A DNA stretch of 31,351 bases from Candidatus Nealsonbacteria bacterium (lineage in GTDB: Bacteria > Patescibacteriota > Minisyncoccia > Minisyncoccales > RBG-13-42-11). The stretch lies in NCBI GenBank assembly GCA_043815465.1, contig JBDRIW010000052.1, forward strand, positions 1-31,351. The letters are read 5' to 3'. The notes below the pieces were generated by a model, which saw only the letters and a list, made by a program, of their open reading frames with translations, did no database searches and had not been told where the DNA came from. The position numbers and the translations under genes were made by a program. How positions within the stretch are numbered: position 1 is the stretch's first letter; every line of letters starts with the position of its first letter. Shown in pieces: positions 8,475 through 16,676 of the stretch.

Positions 8475-10403
8475 TTATTTTAACTTTTTTATCAAGTCTC
8501 TAATTTCAGTTGCTCTCTCAAAATCTAAATTAGCAGCAGCTTTCTTCATCTCTTTTTCTAATAGTTTTCTGTCATGTATCTCGGAAAATTCAGAAAATAT
8601 CTCTTCTTTTTTAGCGAAAGACCATTCCCTTATTGATTTTATAATGGCTTTTGGAGTTATATTATGTTCTTTATTATATTTTTCTTGTATAGCCCTTCTT
8701 CTCTTTATCTCTTTTAAGGCTAGCTTCATAGAATTAGTAATATTATCAGCATAAAGGATTACATGTCCTTCTATGTGCCTAGAAGCTCTCCCCATTGTTT
8801 GTATTAAGGTAGTTGTAGATCTTAAAAATCCTTCTTTGTCAGCATCTAAAATAGCGACAAGACCAACCTCTGGCAAATCTAACCCTTCTCTTAAAAGATT
8901 TATTCCAACCAATACATCATATTTCCCTTCTCTTAATCCTTGAATAATAATCGGTCTTTCCATGGTTTTTACTTCTGCATGCAACCATTTAGTTTTTATT
9001 CCATTTTCTATAAGATAATCTGATAATGCTTCAGCCAATCTTTTAGTTAAAGTTATTGCTAATACTCTTTGGTTTTTCTTTACTCGTTCTTTAATCTCCT
9101 TTATTAAGTCCTCTACTTGGTTTTTTGTAGACCTTATCTCAATAGATGGTTCTATTAATCCAGTGGGTCTTATTATTTGTTCTGCAACGTTGTCTTTGCC
9201 TGATTTTTCTGTTTCATATTCATTGGGAGTAGCAGAAACATATATTGTTTGTGGTGTTCTTTCTTCAAACTCTTTAAAGGTTAAGGGTCTATTGTCTATG
9301 GCAGAAGGAAGCCTAAAACCATATTCTATTAAACTTTGTTTTCTGGCCCTATCTTGGTTAGCCATAGCTCTTATTTGAGAAAGAGTTATGTGGGATTCAT
9401 CTATGAAAACTAAAAAATCTTTTGAAAAATATTCTAACAAGGAAGATGGAGCAGCTCCTGGCTTTCTAAATTCCATATGTCTGGAATAATTTTCTATCCC
9501 ATGACAATATCCTGTTTCTTTCATCATTTCTAAATCATAATTAGTTTTTCTTTCTAATCTTTGGAACTCTACTAACTTGTTATCTTTCTTTAGTTTTTTT
9601 AATTGTTCTTGAAGTTCTGTCCTTATATTTTCAATAGAGATATCTAACTTTTCATCTGGAGCTACCCAAAAATGAGCAGGATAAAGATTATATTTTTGAT
9701 TCAATATTTTATATTTTGGATTTATACTGTTTTCAGAAATTGAGATAGAGGATATTTTATCTCCAGAAAATTCAACTTTTAGTAGTTCTTTTCCAGTAAC
9801 CAAAAAGATATCAATAATACTTCCCCTTACCCTATATGTTCCTGGTTTAAACTCTATGTCATTTCTTTGATATTGGAGAGAAGTCATTCTTTTCAAGAAT
9901 TCATTTCTCTTTATTTTTTTATTAGGATGTATTTCAAAAGAAACTTTTTGATAGTCTTCTTGAGATCCAATATTATAAACACAGGAAACGGAAGCAATAA
10001 CAATAACATCCTTTCTATTTAATAAGTCTTGAGTAGTAGCATGCCTTAATTTGTCTATCTCTTCGTTTATTTTGGCATCTTTTTCAATATAGGTATCTGT
10101 TTGGGGAATATAAGCTTCTGGTTGATAATAATCATAATAGGAAACAAAATAATGAACTCCACTTCCTGGAAAGAACTCTTTAAATTCTTGATAAAGTTGA
10201 GCGGCTAGAGTTTTATTATGGGAGATTATTAAGACTGGTTTCTGCATTTTTTCTATAACCTTTGCAATAGTAAAAGTTTTGCCAGACCCAGTAACGCCTA
10301 AAAGAACCTGGTTTTTTATTCCAGATTTTATGTTTTTGGTTAGTTTCTCTATCGCCTTTGGCTGATCCCCAGTTGGCTTATAGCTTGAAGATAATTTAAA
10401 CAT
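8475..10403 (-). CDS. uvrB: Excinuclease ABC subunit B
   Basis: PTGDQPKAI, GVTGSGKT, HNKTLAAQLY, YYDYYQPEAY, DESH, GFRLPSA, GINLLREGLDLPEV and a C-terminal UVR motif. Confidence 0.98.
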   Translation of the reverse strand: MFKLSSSYKPTGDQPKAIEKLTKNIKSGIKNQVLLGVTGSGKTFTIAKVIEKMQKPVLIISHNKTLAAQLYQEFKEFFPGSGVHYFVSYYDYYQPEAYIPQTDTYIEKDAKINEEIDKLRHATTQDLLNRKDVIVIASVSCVYNIGSQEDYQKVSFEIHPNKKIKRNEFLKRMTSLQYQRNDIEFKPGTYRVRGSIIDIFLVTGKELLKVEFSGDKISSISISENSINPKYKILNQKYNLYPAHFWVAPDEKLDISIENIRTELQEQLKKLKKDNKLVEFQRLERKTNYDLEMMKETGYCHGIENYSRHMEFRKPGAAPSSLLEYFSKDFLVFIDESHITLSQIRAMANQDRARKQSLIEYGFRLPSAIDNRPLTFKEFEERTPQTIYVSATPNEYETEKSGKDNVAEQIIRPTGLIEPSIEIRSTKNQVEDLIKEIKERVKKNQRVLAITLTKRLAEALSDYLIENGIKTKWLHAEVKTMERPIIIQGLREGKYDVLVGINLLREGLDLPEVGLVAILDADKEGFLRSTTTLIQTMGRASRHIEGHVILYADNITNSMKLALKEIKRRRAIQEKYNKEHNITPKAIIKSIREWSFAKKEEIFSEFSEIHDRKLLEKEMKKAAANLDFERATEIRDLIKKLK

Positions 10404-10411
10404 CGAAGTAA

Positions 10412-10619
10412 ATGAAATTTACGAGATACAAGATGAATTTTAATTAATCGGCTATCAAAATGAAATTTTAATTTTATTGAGCATACAGTTAATTTTGACT
10501 TAATTTTTCTTTTTCTTCAAGTTAAGCTAGGATAAGAATATAACAGCAGGCGATGAAATTTAAATCTGTAATACGATGAATTTAAAGATTCATCCATAAT
10601 TTCATTCGCTTTTAGCGAA
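10412..10619. repeat. Cluster of ATGAA(A)TTT motifs and nested inverted repeats in the uvrB/murE divergent spacer
   Basis: Forward copies start at 10412, 10433, 10460, 10553 and 10576. The palindrome GATGAAT-N6-ATTCATC is at 10575-10594. gcgatgaaatt (10550-10560) pairs with aatttcattcgc (10598-10609), and ttcgc-tttta-gcgaa is at 10605-10619. Confidence 0.55.
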
Positions 10620-10623
10620 TTTG

Positions 10624-11820
10624 ATGAAACAATTAATTAAAAAATTTATTCCATCTTTTTTGTTGAGTTGGTATCATCTATCTTTAGCTTTGCTAGGAGC
10701 TATTTTATATGGTTTTCCATCAAACAAAATAAAGATTATTGGGATAACTGGAACTAATGGAAAAACCACTGTTGTTAGTTTAGTTACTAACGTTTTAGAA
10801 GGCGCTGGTTTTAAAGTAGCTTCCTTGTCTTCAGTTAGATTTAAAATCGGAGATAAAGAAAAAGAAAACAATCTAAAAATGACCATGCCCGGCAGATTTA
10901 AAATACAGAAATTCTTGAAAGATGGGGTAGAGGTAGGGTGTAAATACGCGGTTTTAGAAGTTTCTTCCGAAGGAATAAAACAATATCGTCATAAGTTCAT
11001 TAATTTTGAAGTAGCTGTTTTTACGAATTTAAGCCCAGAACATATTGAATCTCATGGAGGGTTTGAAAATTATAAAAAAGCTAAGGGGAAATTATTTGCT
11101 TCTACAAAAAAAGTTCATGTCGTCAATATAGATGATAAAAATTCAGATTATTTTCTAAGTTTTAGTGCTGATAAAAAATATACATATGGATGGGAAAAAG
11201 GAGATGTTAATACTAAAAATACTAATTTTAAACTTCCATTAATCGGAAGGTTTAATATTTATAATGCTTTAACTGCAATATGCGTGGGATTATCTCAAGG
11301 GATAAGTTTAGAAGTTTGCCAAAAAGCTTTAGAAAAAGCTAAAGGTATACCAGGAAGGATGGAAGAAGTTATTTCTACTCCCTTTAAGGTTATCGTGGAT
11401 TACGCCGTAACTCCAGACGCTCTAGAGCAACTCTATAAAACTATTAAGGAAATATATTCTCCATCTAGGATAATTTCTGTATTTGGTTCTTGTGGAGGAG
11501 GAAGAGATAAATGGAGAAGACCTATCCTTGGAGAAATAGCCTCTAGATATTGCCAAGAAATAATAATTACAAACGAAGATCCTTATGACGAAGATCCAAT
11601 GGGAATAATAAATCAGGTTGCAGATGGAGTAAAAGGTAAAACTACCAAAATATTAGATAGGAGAGAGGCCATACGAAAGGCCTTGCAAATAGCTGAACAA
11701 GGAGATATAGTTCTTATTACAGGTAAGGGTTGTGAATTATGGTTGGCCGAAGCCAAGGGAAAGAAAGCTCCTTGGAATGAGAGAGAAGTTATTCTTCAAG
11801 AATATAGCAAATTAAAATAA
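10624..11820 (+). CDS. murE: UDP-MurNAc-tripeptide ligase (MurE-like Mur ligase)
   Basis: GITGTNGKTT, LEVSSEG, FTNLSPEHIESH, GRFNIYNAL, PGRME, VDYAVTPDAL, FGSCGGGRD and GKG motifs. The usual DNPR motif reads EDPY. ATG at 10624 was chosen over TTG at 10621. Confidence 0.85.
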   Translation: MKQLIKKFIPSFLLSWYHLSLALLGAILYGFPSNKIKIIGITGTNGKTTVVSLVTNVLEGAGFKVASLSSVRFKIGDKEKENNLKMTMPGRFKIQKFLKDGVEVGCKYAVLEVSSEGIKQYRHKFINFEVAVFTNLSPEHIESHGGFENYKKAKGKLFASTKKVHVVNIDDKNSDYFLSFSADKKYTYGWEKGDVNTKNTNFKLPLIGRFNIYNALTAICVGLSQGISLEVCQKALEKAKGIPGRMEEVISTPFKVIVDYAVTPDALEQLYKTIKEIYSPSRIISVFGSCGGGRDKWRRPILGEIASRYCQEIIITNEDPYDEDPMGIINQVADGVKGKTTKILDRREAIRKALQIAEQGDIVLITGKGCELWLAEAKGKKAPWNEREVILQEYSKLK

Positions 11821-11850
11821 AGTTTTTCAACGTTTGTTAGGAGGAATTTA

Positions 11851-12168
11851 ATGACAAAGGAAGGTTTAATCTGTCGGCGTTGCGGAGAAGAAAAAATTGA
11901 AAAGTTAAATCATCTTGTTAGGATATTTGCTGACATTAGACATCCCTATGGAAGTTGTGTGAATTGTGGGGCTTTTTACTGGAAGGATTATGAATTCAAG
12001 CCTTCTATTGTTTCTACAACAACAACTCCTAGTAACGCTATTTTTTCTCCATCAATTAAAACTTCGTCCAAGCCTTATTATCCTTTTAGAAAAGGGAAAC
12101 CCCTATCTCGGAGGCAAAAAAGACGTGCAAAGAGAAAGGCAAGATTAGCCCAAGGGAGCTTATATTGA
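11851..12168 (+). CDS. Hypothetical protein with Zn-ribbon (CRRC...CVNC) and basic tail
   Basis: AGGAGG Shine-Dalgarno 6 nt upstream of the ATG, two CxxC pairs and a downstream terminator-like hairpin. Confidence 0.65.
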   Translation: MTKEGLICRRCGEEKIEKLNHLVRIFADIRHPYGSCVNCGAFYWKDYEFKPSIVSTTTTPSNAIFSPSIKTSSKPYYPFRKGKPLSRRQKRRAKRKARLAQGSLY

Positions 12169-12187
12169 AAAAGCTCTCTTTTTATTT
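12152..12187 (+). terminator. Putative intrinsic terminator
   Basis: aagggagct / agctctctt stem followed by a T-run. Confidence 0.5.
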
Positions 12188-12265
12188 TAATGAATGATAA
12201 TGCCTTCTGGACAAAAATCAAATTTTCCACTATAATTATAAGATATTAATAAGAATAAAATAGAA

Positions 12266-12445
12266 ATGAAAAACAAAATGTCTAATTCAATTAAAAAACA
12301 TATACGCACAGAGAAAGCTCGTATTCGTCGAGAATCCTTTAGTATCAAAGAGCAAAAAGATAAAGTAGATAAACTATACCAAGGTTTGGTTAAAAAAAAT
12401 GAGAATAAAAGAGATCTACAACCTAGCGATAAACAAAGGGATTGA
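12266..12445 (+). CDS. Small basic hypothetical protein (59 aa, below ORF-track cutoff)
   Basis: Manual translation: MKNKMSNSIKKHIRTEKARIRRESFSIKEQKDKVDKLYQGLVKKNENKRDLQPSDKQRD*. The IRxEKARIRR motif resembles a small Parcubacteria protein I recall. It overlaps the NIF3 start by 47 nt. Confidence 0.6.
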   Translation: MKNKMSNSIKKHIRTEKARIRRESFSIKEQKDKVDKLYQGLVKKNENKRDLQPSDKQRD

Positions 12446-13343
12446 GTCTGATCTTAGGGGGAAAGAAAGAGTAGAAAAATTCTTAAGCAAGAAGAAGGAA
12501 AAGTTCGAAAAGCTTTCAGAGTCTGCTAAAGAAGAATTTGACAAAGAAGCTTTAATTAATCCTTATTTAGATTCAAGAATCCTTAATATCTCAGAAGATA
12601 AAGAAATTAAAAAGATTTTAGTTGGTGTTGATATCGAACCAGCAGAGCTTTTATTATCAAAAGAATTAGAAGATATTGATTTGACAATAGCTCATCATCC
12701 TTTGGGAATAGGATTAGCTTATTTATCTGATGTAATGGATTTGCAGTGTGATGTTTTGAATTTATATGGGGTTCCTATCAATATAGCAGAAGGCTTAATG
12801 AAAGAAAGAATTAGCGAAGTTGCTAGAGGTATCTCTGGGGTAAATCATCAAAGAACAGTAGATGCTGCAAAGCTTTTAGGAGTTAATCTTATTAACCTAC
12901 ATACGCCTTGCGATAATTTAGCTGCTAATTTTTTGAAAGAAATAATAGAAAAAAATAATCCAGAAACGATAGAAGATCTTTTAAAGATTATAAAAACGAT
13001 TCCTGAGTATCGAGAGGCTATAAAAATAGGAGCAGGGCCTACAATCTTCTCTGGGCACGAAGATAATCGTTGCGGAAAAATATCAGTTAGCGAAATCACT
13101 GGAGGTACGAATCCTTCCCCCAAGATTTACGAAAAGATGGCTCAAGTTGGAATCGGAACAGTGGTTGGCATGCATATGAAAGAGGATTCAAAAAAAGAGG
13201 CAGATAACGCCAATCTAAATATCGTTATAGCAGGACATATGAGCTCTGATTCTCTTGGTTTGAATTTATTTTTAGATGAATTAGAAAAACAGGGAATAGA
13301 AATTGTTCCCTGTTCTGGATTTATAAGAATTTCTAGAAACTAA
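12399..13343 (+). CDS. NIF3 / NGG1p-interacting factor family dinuclear metal protein
   Basis: NPYLDSRIL, GVDI, AHHPLG, LHTPCDN and GHMSSDSLG metal-ligand motifs. Confidence 0.8.
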   Translation: MRIKEIYNLAINKGIESDLRGKERVEKFLSKKKEKFEKLSESAKEEFDKEALINPYLDSRILNISEDKEIKKILVGVDIEPAELLLSKELEDIDLTIAHHPLGIGLAYLSDVMDLQCDVLNLYGVPINIAEGLMKERISEVARGISGVNHQRTVDAAKLLGVNLINLHTPCDNLAANFLKEIIEKNNPETIEDLLKIIKTIPEYREAIKIGAGPTIFSGHEDNRCGKISVSEITGGTNPSPKIYEKMAQVGIGTVVGMHMKEDSKKEADNANLNIVIAGHMSSDSLGLNLFLDELEKQGIEIVPCSGFIRISRN

Positions 13344-13349
13344 AGATTA

Positions 13350-14894
13350 TTAAGATAGATTTTTTAGCATATAAGTATTCTTTAACTTATATCCTATTTT
13401 TCTATAATAACCTCTTACTCCTACACCTGAAATAACGGTTATTTTTTTTGCCCCATATTCTTTTTTAGCTATTCTTTCAGCTTCTTCCGTTAATTTTTTG
13501 CCTAATCCTTTATGTTGAGGGGACCTTTCTTTCATAGAATCTATTGGTTGAAGTTGTCCAAAAGTATGAACCTCTCTGATAAAAGCTTCATTATTTTCAG
13601 TTATTCTTAATCTTAAAAGACTGTATAATTTATCCTTTCCTTTATTTTCAAAAGTTAGAAATATTTCATTCCCATTTGATGCTTTGTAATTATCTCTAAA
13701 AAGATAGAGTTTTTCTTTAGGATCATATTTTTCTCTTATTTCTCTACATCTTATACATTTACATTTCCAATTAGATATTTTCATATCATTCGTTAGAATT
13801 TGTCTAAGGTTTGTGATTCTAGCTGGCCCTAAAACGATGCTGTGAGATGGAATATCTCTGGTTATCCGTTGTATTCTTATATATGGAGGAATTATCTTTT
13901 TAATATCTTTTACTAGAGATATTAATTGCTTCTCTCCGTAAGGTTTGTATTTTTTCTTTTTATATAATTTATATAAATCAGTTCCTTTAATTAATGCACA
14001 AGGATATATTTTTAAGAAATCAGGCTGAAAATCTTGATTAGAAAATAATTCTTTAAAAGTTTCTTTGTCTCTCTTTAAGCTAGACCCCATTAAATTAGGC
14101 ATCATTTGGTAAAGAATTTTAAATCCATAATCTTTTAAGATTTTAGTTGCTGAAATTATTGTTTTTCTATCATGTCCTCTTGAATTTAATTTTAAAACAT
14201 CATCATAAATTGATTGGATTCCAAGTTCTACCATTGTTACGCCTAGTTCCCTTAAGTGTTTTATTTCTTTTTGATTAATAAAATCTGGTCTGGTTTCAAT
14301 GGAAAGTCCCACTATTCTGTGTTTTGCTGTTTCGTTTAATTTTTGAGCTTCTTTTAGGTTTTTACTTGTTTTTTTATTGCAGGCCTCAAAACATCTTTTT
14401 ATAAACCAATTTCTATATGTTTTAGGGTAATAACTCCAAGTTCCTCCAATTGTTCTTAATTCTACTTTATCAGTTGGATGTCCTTCATTATTTAACATTT
14501 CTATTCTTTTCTGGACCTGTAGATATGGATCAAACTTTAATTTTTTAGCTCTTTCTACGGCTGGTTCTCCAGATAAGTAGCTTTTTGGCAAGTTCTTCTC
14601 TGTGGGGCAAAAAATACATTTTCCAGGACAATCATATGTTTTGGTTAATACAGAGATATTAACGATGCCAGATAAAGACCTAATTGGTCTGGTTCTTAAT
14701 ATTAATTGTATTCTTTCGTTCTTTTTAATCTTTCTCTTTTTTACTAATTCATGGTAATTTTTAAGAATAGACATATTGGTAGGACAAGGAGCTTTATATC
14801 TTTTGGATATAAATCTTTTCACCTTATTTAAATCTTCCAGAGTCTTAGAGCTCCTTTCTATTAATTCTTTAATTATTTCTTCAGATATATTCAT
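13350..14894 (-). CDS. elp3: tRNA uridine(34) carboxymethyltransferase Elp3 (radical SAM + KAT domains)
   Basis: RSLSGIVNISV, CPGKCIFCP, PKSYLSGEPA, GGT, IETRPD, VELGIQS, RIQRITRDIP, CKCIRCRE, IREVHTFG, QHKGLGKKL and ISGVGVRGYYRKIGY. Confidence 0.95.
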   Translation of the reverse strand: MNISEEIIKELIERSSKTLEDLNKVKRFISKRYKAPCPTNMSILKNYHELVKKRKIKKNERIQLILRTRPIRSLSGIVNISVLTKTYDCPGKCIFCPTEKNLPKSYLSGEPAVERAKKLKFDPYLQVQKRIEMLNNEGHPTDKVELRTIGGTWSYYPKTYRNWFIKRCFEACNKKTSKNLKEAQKLNETAKHRIVGLSIETRPDFINQKEIKHLRELGVTMVELGIQSIYDDVLKLNSRGHDRKTIISATKILKDYGFKILYQMMPNLMGSSLKRDKETFKELFSNQDFQPDFLKIYPCALIKGTDLYKLYKKKKYKPYGEKQLISLVKDIKKIIPPYIRIQRITRDIPSHSIVLGPARITNLRQILTNDMKISNWKCKCIRCREIREKYDPKEKLYLFRDNYKASNGNEIFLTFENKGKDKLYSLLRLRITENNEAFIREVHTFGQLQPIDSMKERSPQHKGLGKKLTEEAERIAKKEYGAKKITVISGVGVRGYYRKIGYKLKNTYMLKNLS

Positions 14895-15590
14895 ATGGAT
14901 AAAGAGTACGCTAAAAAGATATTAGAGGAAACTAAAGAAAATTACAACATTATTTCTCAAGATTTTTCTAGAACTAGAAATAAGTTTTGGGAGGAAATGG
15001 GATTTATTTCTAAATACGTTAATGACAACGAGAAGGTTTTAGATTTAGGGTGTGGGAATGGAAGGTTGTACGAATTGTTTCAAGAAAAAACTATAGATTA
15101 TTACGGAGTCGATTTTTCAGAAAAACTCATAGAGATAGCTAAAAAAAGATACCCTCAATTTAAATTTCAAGTAGCAGATGCTTTAAACTTACCATTTCCT
15201 GCTGATTATTTCGATAAAGTTTTTAGCATAGCTGTATTGCATCATATCCCCTCAAAAGAATTAAGGCTAAAGTTTTTACAAGAAATAAAAAGAGTTTTAA
15301 AACCAGAAGGAATATTAATATTAAGCGTATGGCATTTTAATGCTTTTAAAAAGATTAAATTTTTCTTTAAATTTTTATTTTTAAAAATATTTCATGGAAA
15401 AAAAATTGATAGTGGGGATGCATTTATTCCTTGGGGAAAGAAGTTATTAAGATACGTCCATAATTTTTCCACAAAAGAATTAACAAAACTTGTTAAAAAA
15501 GCTTGTTTTAAGGTTATAGATGTAAGAATAATAAGTAGACCAAAAGCTAAGGAAAGTAATATTTTAATCGTTGCTGAAGACTTTCTATAG
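14895..15590 (+). CDS. Class I SAM methyltransferase, Trm9/ALKBH8-like (putative tRNA cm5U34 methyltransferase)
   Basis: YNIISQDFSRTRNKFW, VLDLGCGNG, ADALNLPF..FD..SIAVLHHIPSKELR, LILSVW, DAFIPW and RYVHNFSTKEL. These match, in order, the motifs I recall for yeast Trm9. Confidence 0.8.
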   Translation: MDKEYAKKILEETKENYNIISQDFSRTRNKFWEEMGFISKYVNDNEKVLDLGCGNGRLYELFQEKTIDYYGVDFSEKLIEIAKKRYPQFKFQVADALNLPFPADYFDKVFSIAVLHHIPSKELRLKFLQEIKRVLKPEGILILSVWHFNAFKKIKFFFKFLFLKIFHGKKIDSGDAFIPWGKKLLRYVHNFSTKELTKLVKKACFKVIDVRIISRPKAKESNILIVAEDFL

Positions 15591-15592
15591 GA

Positions 15593-15621
15593 TTGACATG
15601 GGGTTCGTTCCTAGTTAGAAT
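15593..15621 (+). promoter_or_regulatory. sigma70-type promoter
   Basis: TTGACA (15593-15598), 17-nt spacer, TAGAAT (15616-15621). Confidence 0.75.
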
Positions 15622-15625
15622 ATTA

Positions 15626-15758
15626 AGTGAGGAGGTGCGGGTTTTATACCCTATGGACACATAGTTTTTGAAAAAGGAGATCACAGCGGCCGCCTAGTTA
15701 ATGTCCAACTGGACTTAGGTACTTAATCGATTTTTTTGGGAATTATTTCCTCCTCACT
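15626..15758 (+). ncRNA. Candidate ~133-nt non-coding RNA with 10-bp closing stem (6S-like or unknown)
   Basis: agtgaggagg (15626-15635) pairs perfectly with cctcctcact (15749-15758). It is bracketed by a consensus promoter and a terminator and has no ORF of note. Confidence 0.55.
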
Positions 15759-15761
15759 AAA

Positions 15762-15785
15762 GCAGAGGCTTTCAGCCTCTTCTTT
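15762..15785 (+). terminator. Intrinsic terminator
   Basis: agaggct-ttc-agcctct followed by tcttt. Confidence 0.7.
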
Positions 15786-15815
15786 AGTTAGAAATATGTG
15801 TTAAAATTAAAATAT

Positions 15816-16376
15816 ATGGTATATAAAAACAAATTTAAAATAGCAGTTGCTGGAGCAGCAGAAGCCCATATTTGCTCAAAGGCAGCCACAAAATTAGCAG
15901 AAGAAGTTGGAAAAGAAATTGTTCGTCAGGGATGCATCTTAATTACAGGGGCTACAACAGGCATACCTCATTATGCAGCTATTGGAGCTAAAAAAGCTAA
16001 AGGATTATCTATAGGATTTTCTCCTGCAGCTACAGAGATAGCTCATGTTAAGAAATATAGGCTTCCTTACGATGCTTTTGATGTTATAGTTTATACTGGA
16101 TTTGGATATGCTGGTAGAAATCTATTAATGACTAGAGCAGCTGATGGAGTAATAGTTATATGTGGAAGGATGGGAACCTTAAATGAATTTACTATTGCTT
16201 TTGAAGATGAAAAACCAATAGGCGTTATGTCAGGATCTGGTGGAATAGCAGATGAATTAAATCAGATAGTTAAACGTCCCTTTAGGGGAAGGATGAATAT
16301 GATTTATTCTCCAGATCCCAAAGAATTAGTTAAGAAATTAATAAAATTAATTAAGAAAGAAAAAGGTCGTCTTTAA
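15816..16376 (+). CDS. LOG family (TIGR00725-like) nucleotide phosphoribohydrolase
   Basis: IAVAGAA, ITGATTG, RNLLMTRAADGVI and GRMGTLNEF motifs. ATG at 15816 is preferred to GTG at 15798. Confidence 0.8.
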   Translation: MVYKNKFKIAVAGAAEAHICSKAATKLAEEVGKEIVRQGCILITGATTGIPHYAAIGAKKAKGLSIGFSPAATEIAHVKKYRLPYDAFDVIVYTGFGYAGRNLLMTRAADGVIVICGRMGTLNEFTIAFEDEKPIGVMSGSGGIADELNQIVKRPFRGRMNMIYSPDPKELVKKLIKLIKKEKGRL

Positions 16377-16391
16377 AATAAATATTTTAAT

Positions 16392-16652
16392 ATGGCAGAA
16401 AAAAAATTAAAAGAAATAGGCAAAATTATTCATTACTTTGACAATGTTGGAGTGGCAGTTGTTAGCTTATCTGATAAGTTAAAAGTAGGAGACACAATAA
16501 GAATAATTGGTGGAGAGAGTACTGACTTTAGTCAAAAGATTGATTCCATGGAGGTAGATCATGAAAAGATAAAACAAGGAAAGAAGGGAGATGAGATTGG
16601 AATGAAAATAAAAGAAAAGGTTAGAAGTGGATATAGGGTATATCTAGAGTAA
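16392..16652 (+). CDS. Small beta-barrel protein (EF-Tu domain II-like / U32 C-terminal-like)
   Basis: IGKIIHYFDNVGVAVV, LKVGDTIRI, SMEVDH and GDEIGMKIKEKVR pattern; 86 aa. Confidence 0.7.
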   Translation: MAEKKLKEIGKIIHYFDNVGVAVVSLSDKLKVGDTIRIIGGESTDFSQKIDSMEVDHEKIKQGKKGDEIGMKIKEKVRSGYRVYLE

Positions 16653-16676
16653 ATAATTTAAACGAATAAGTTCAAA

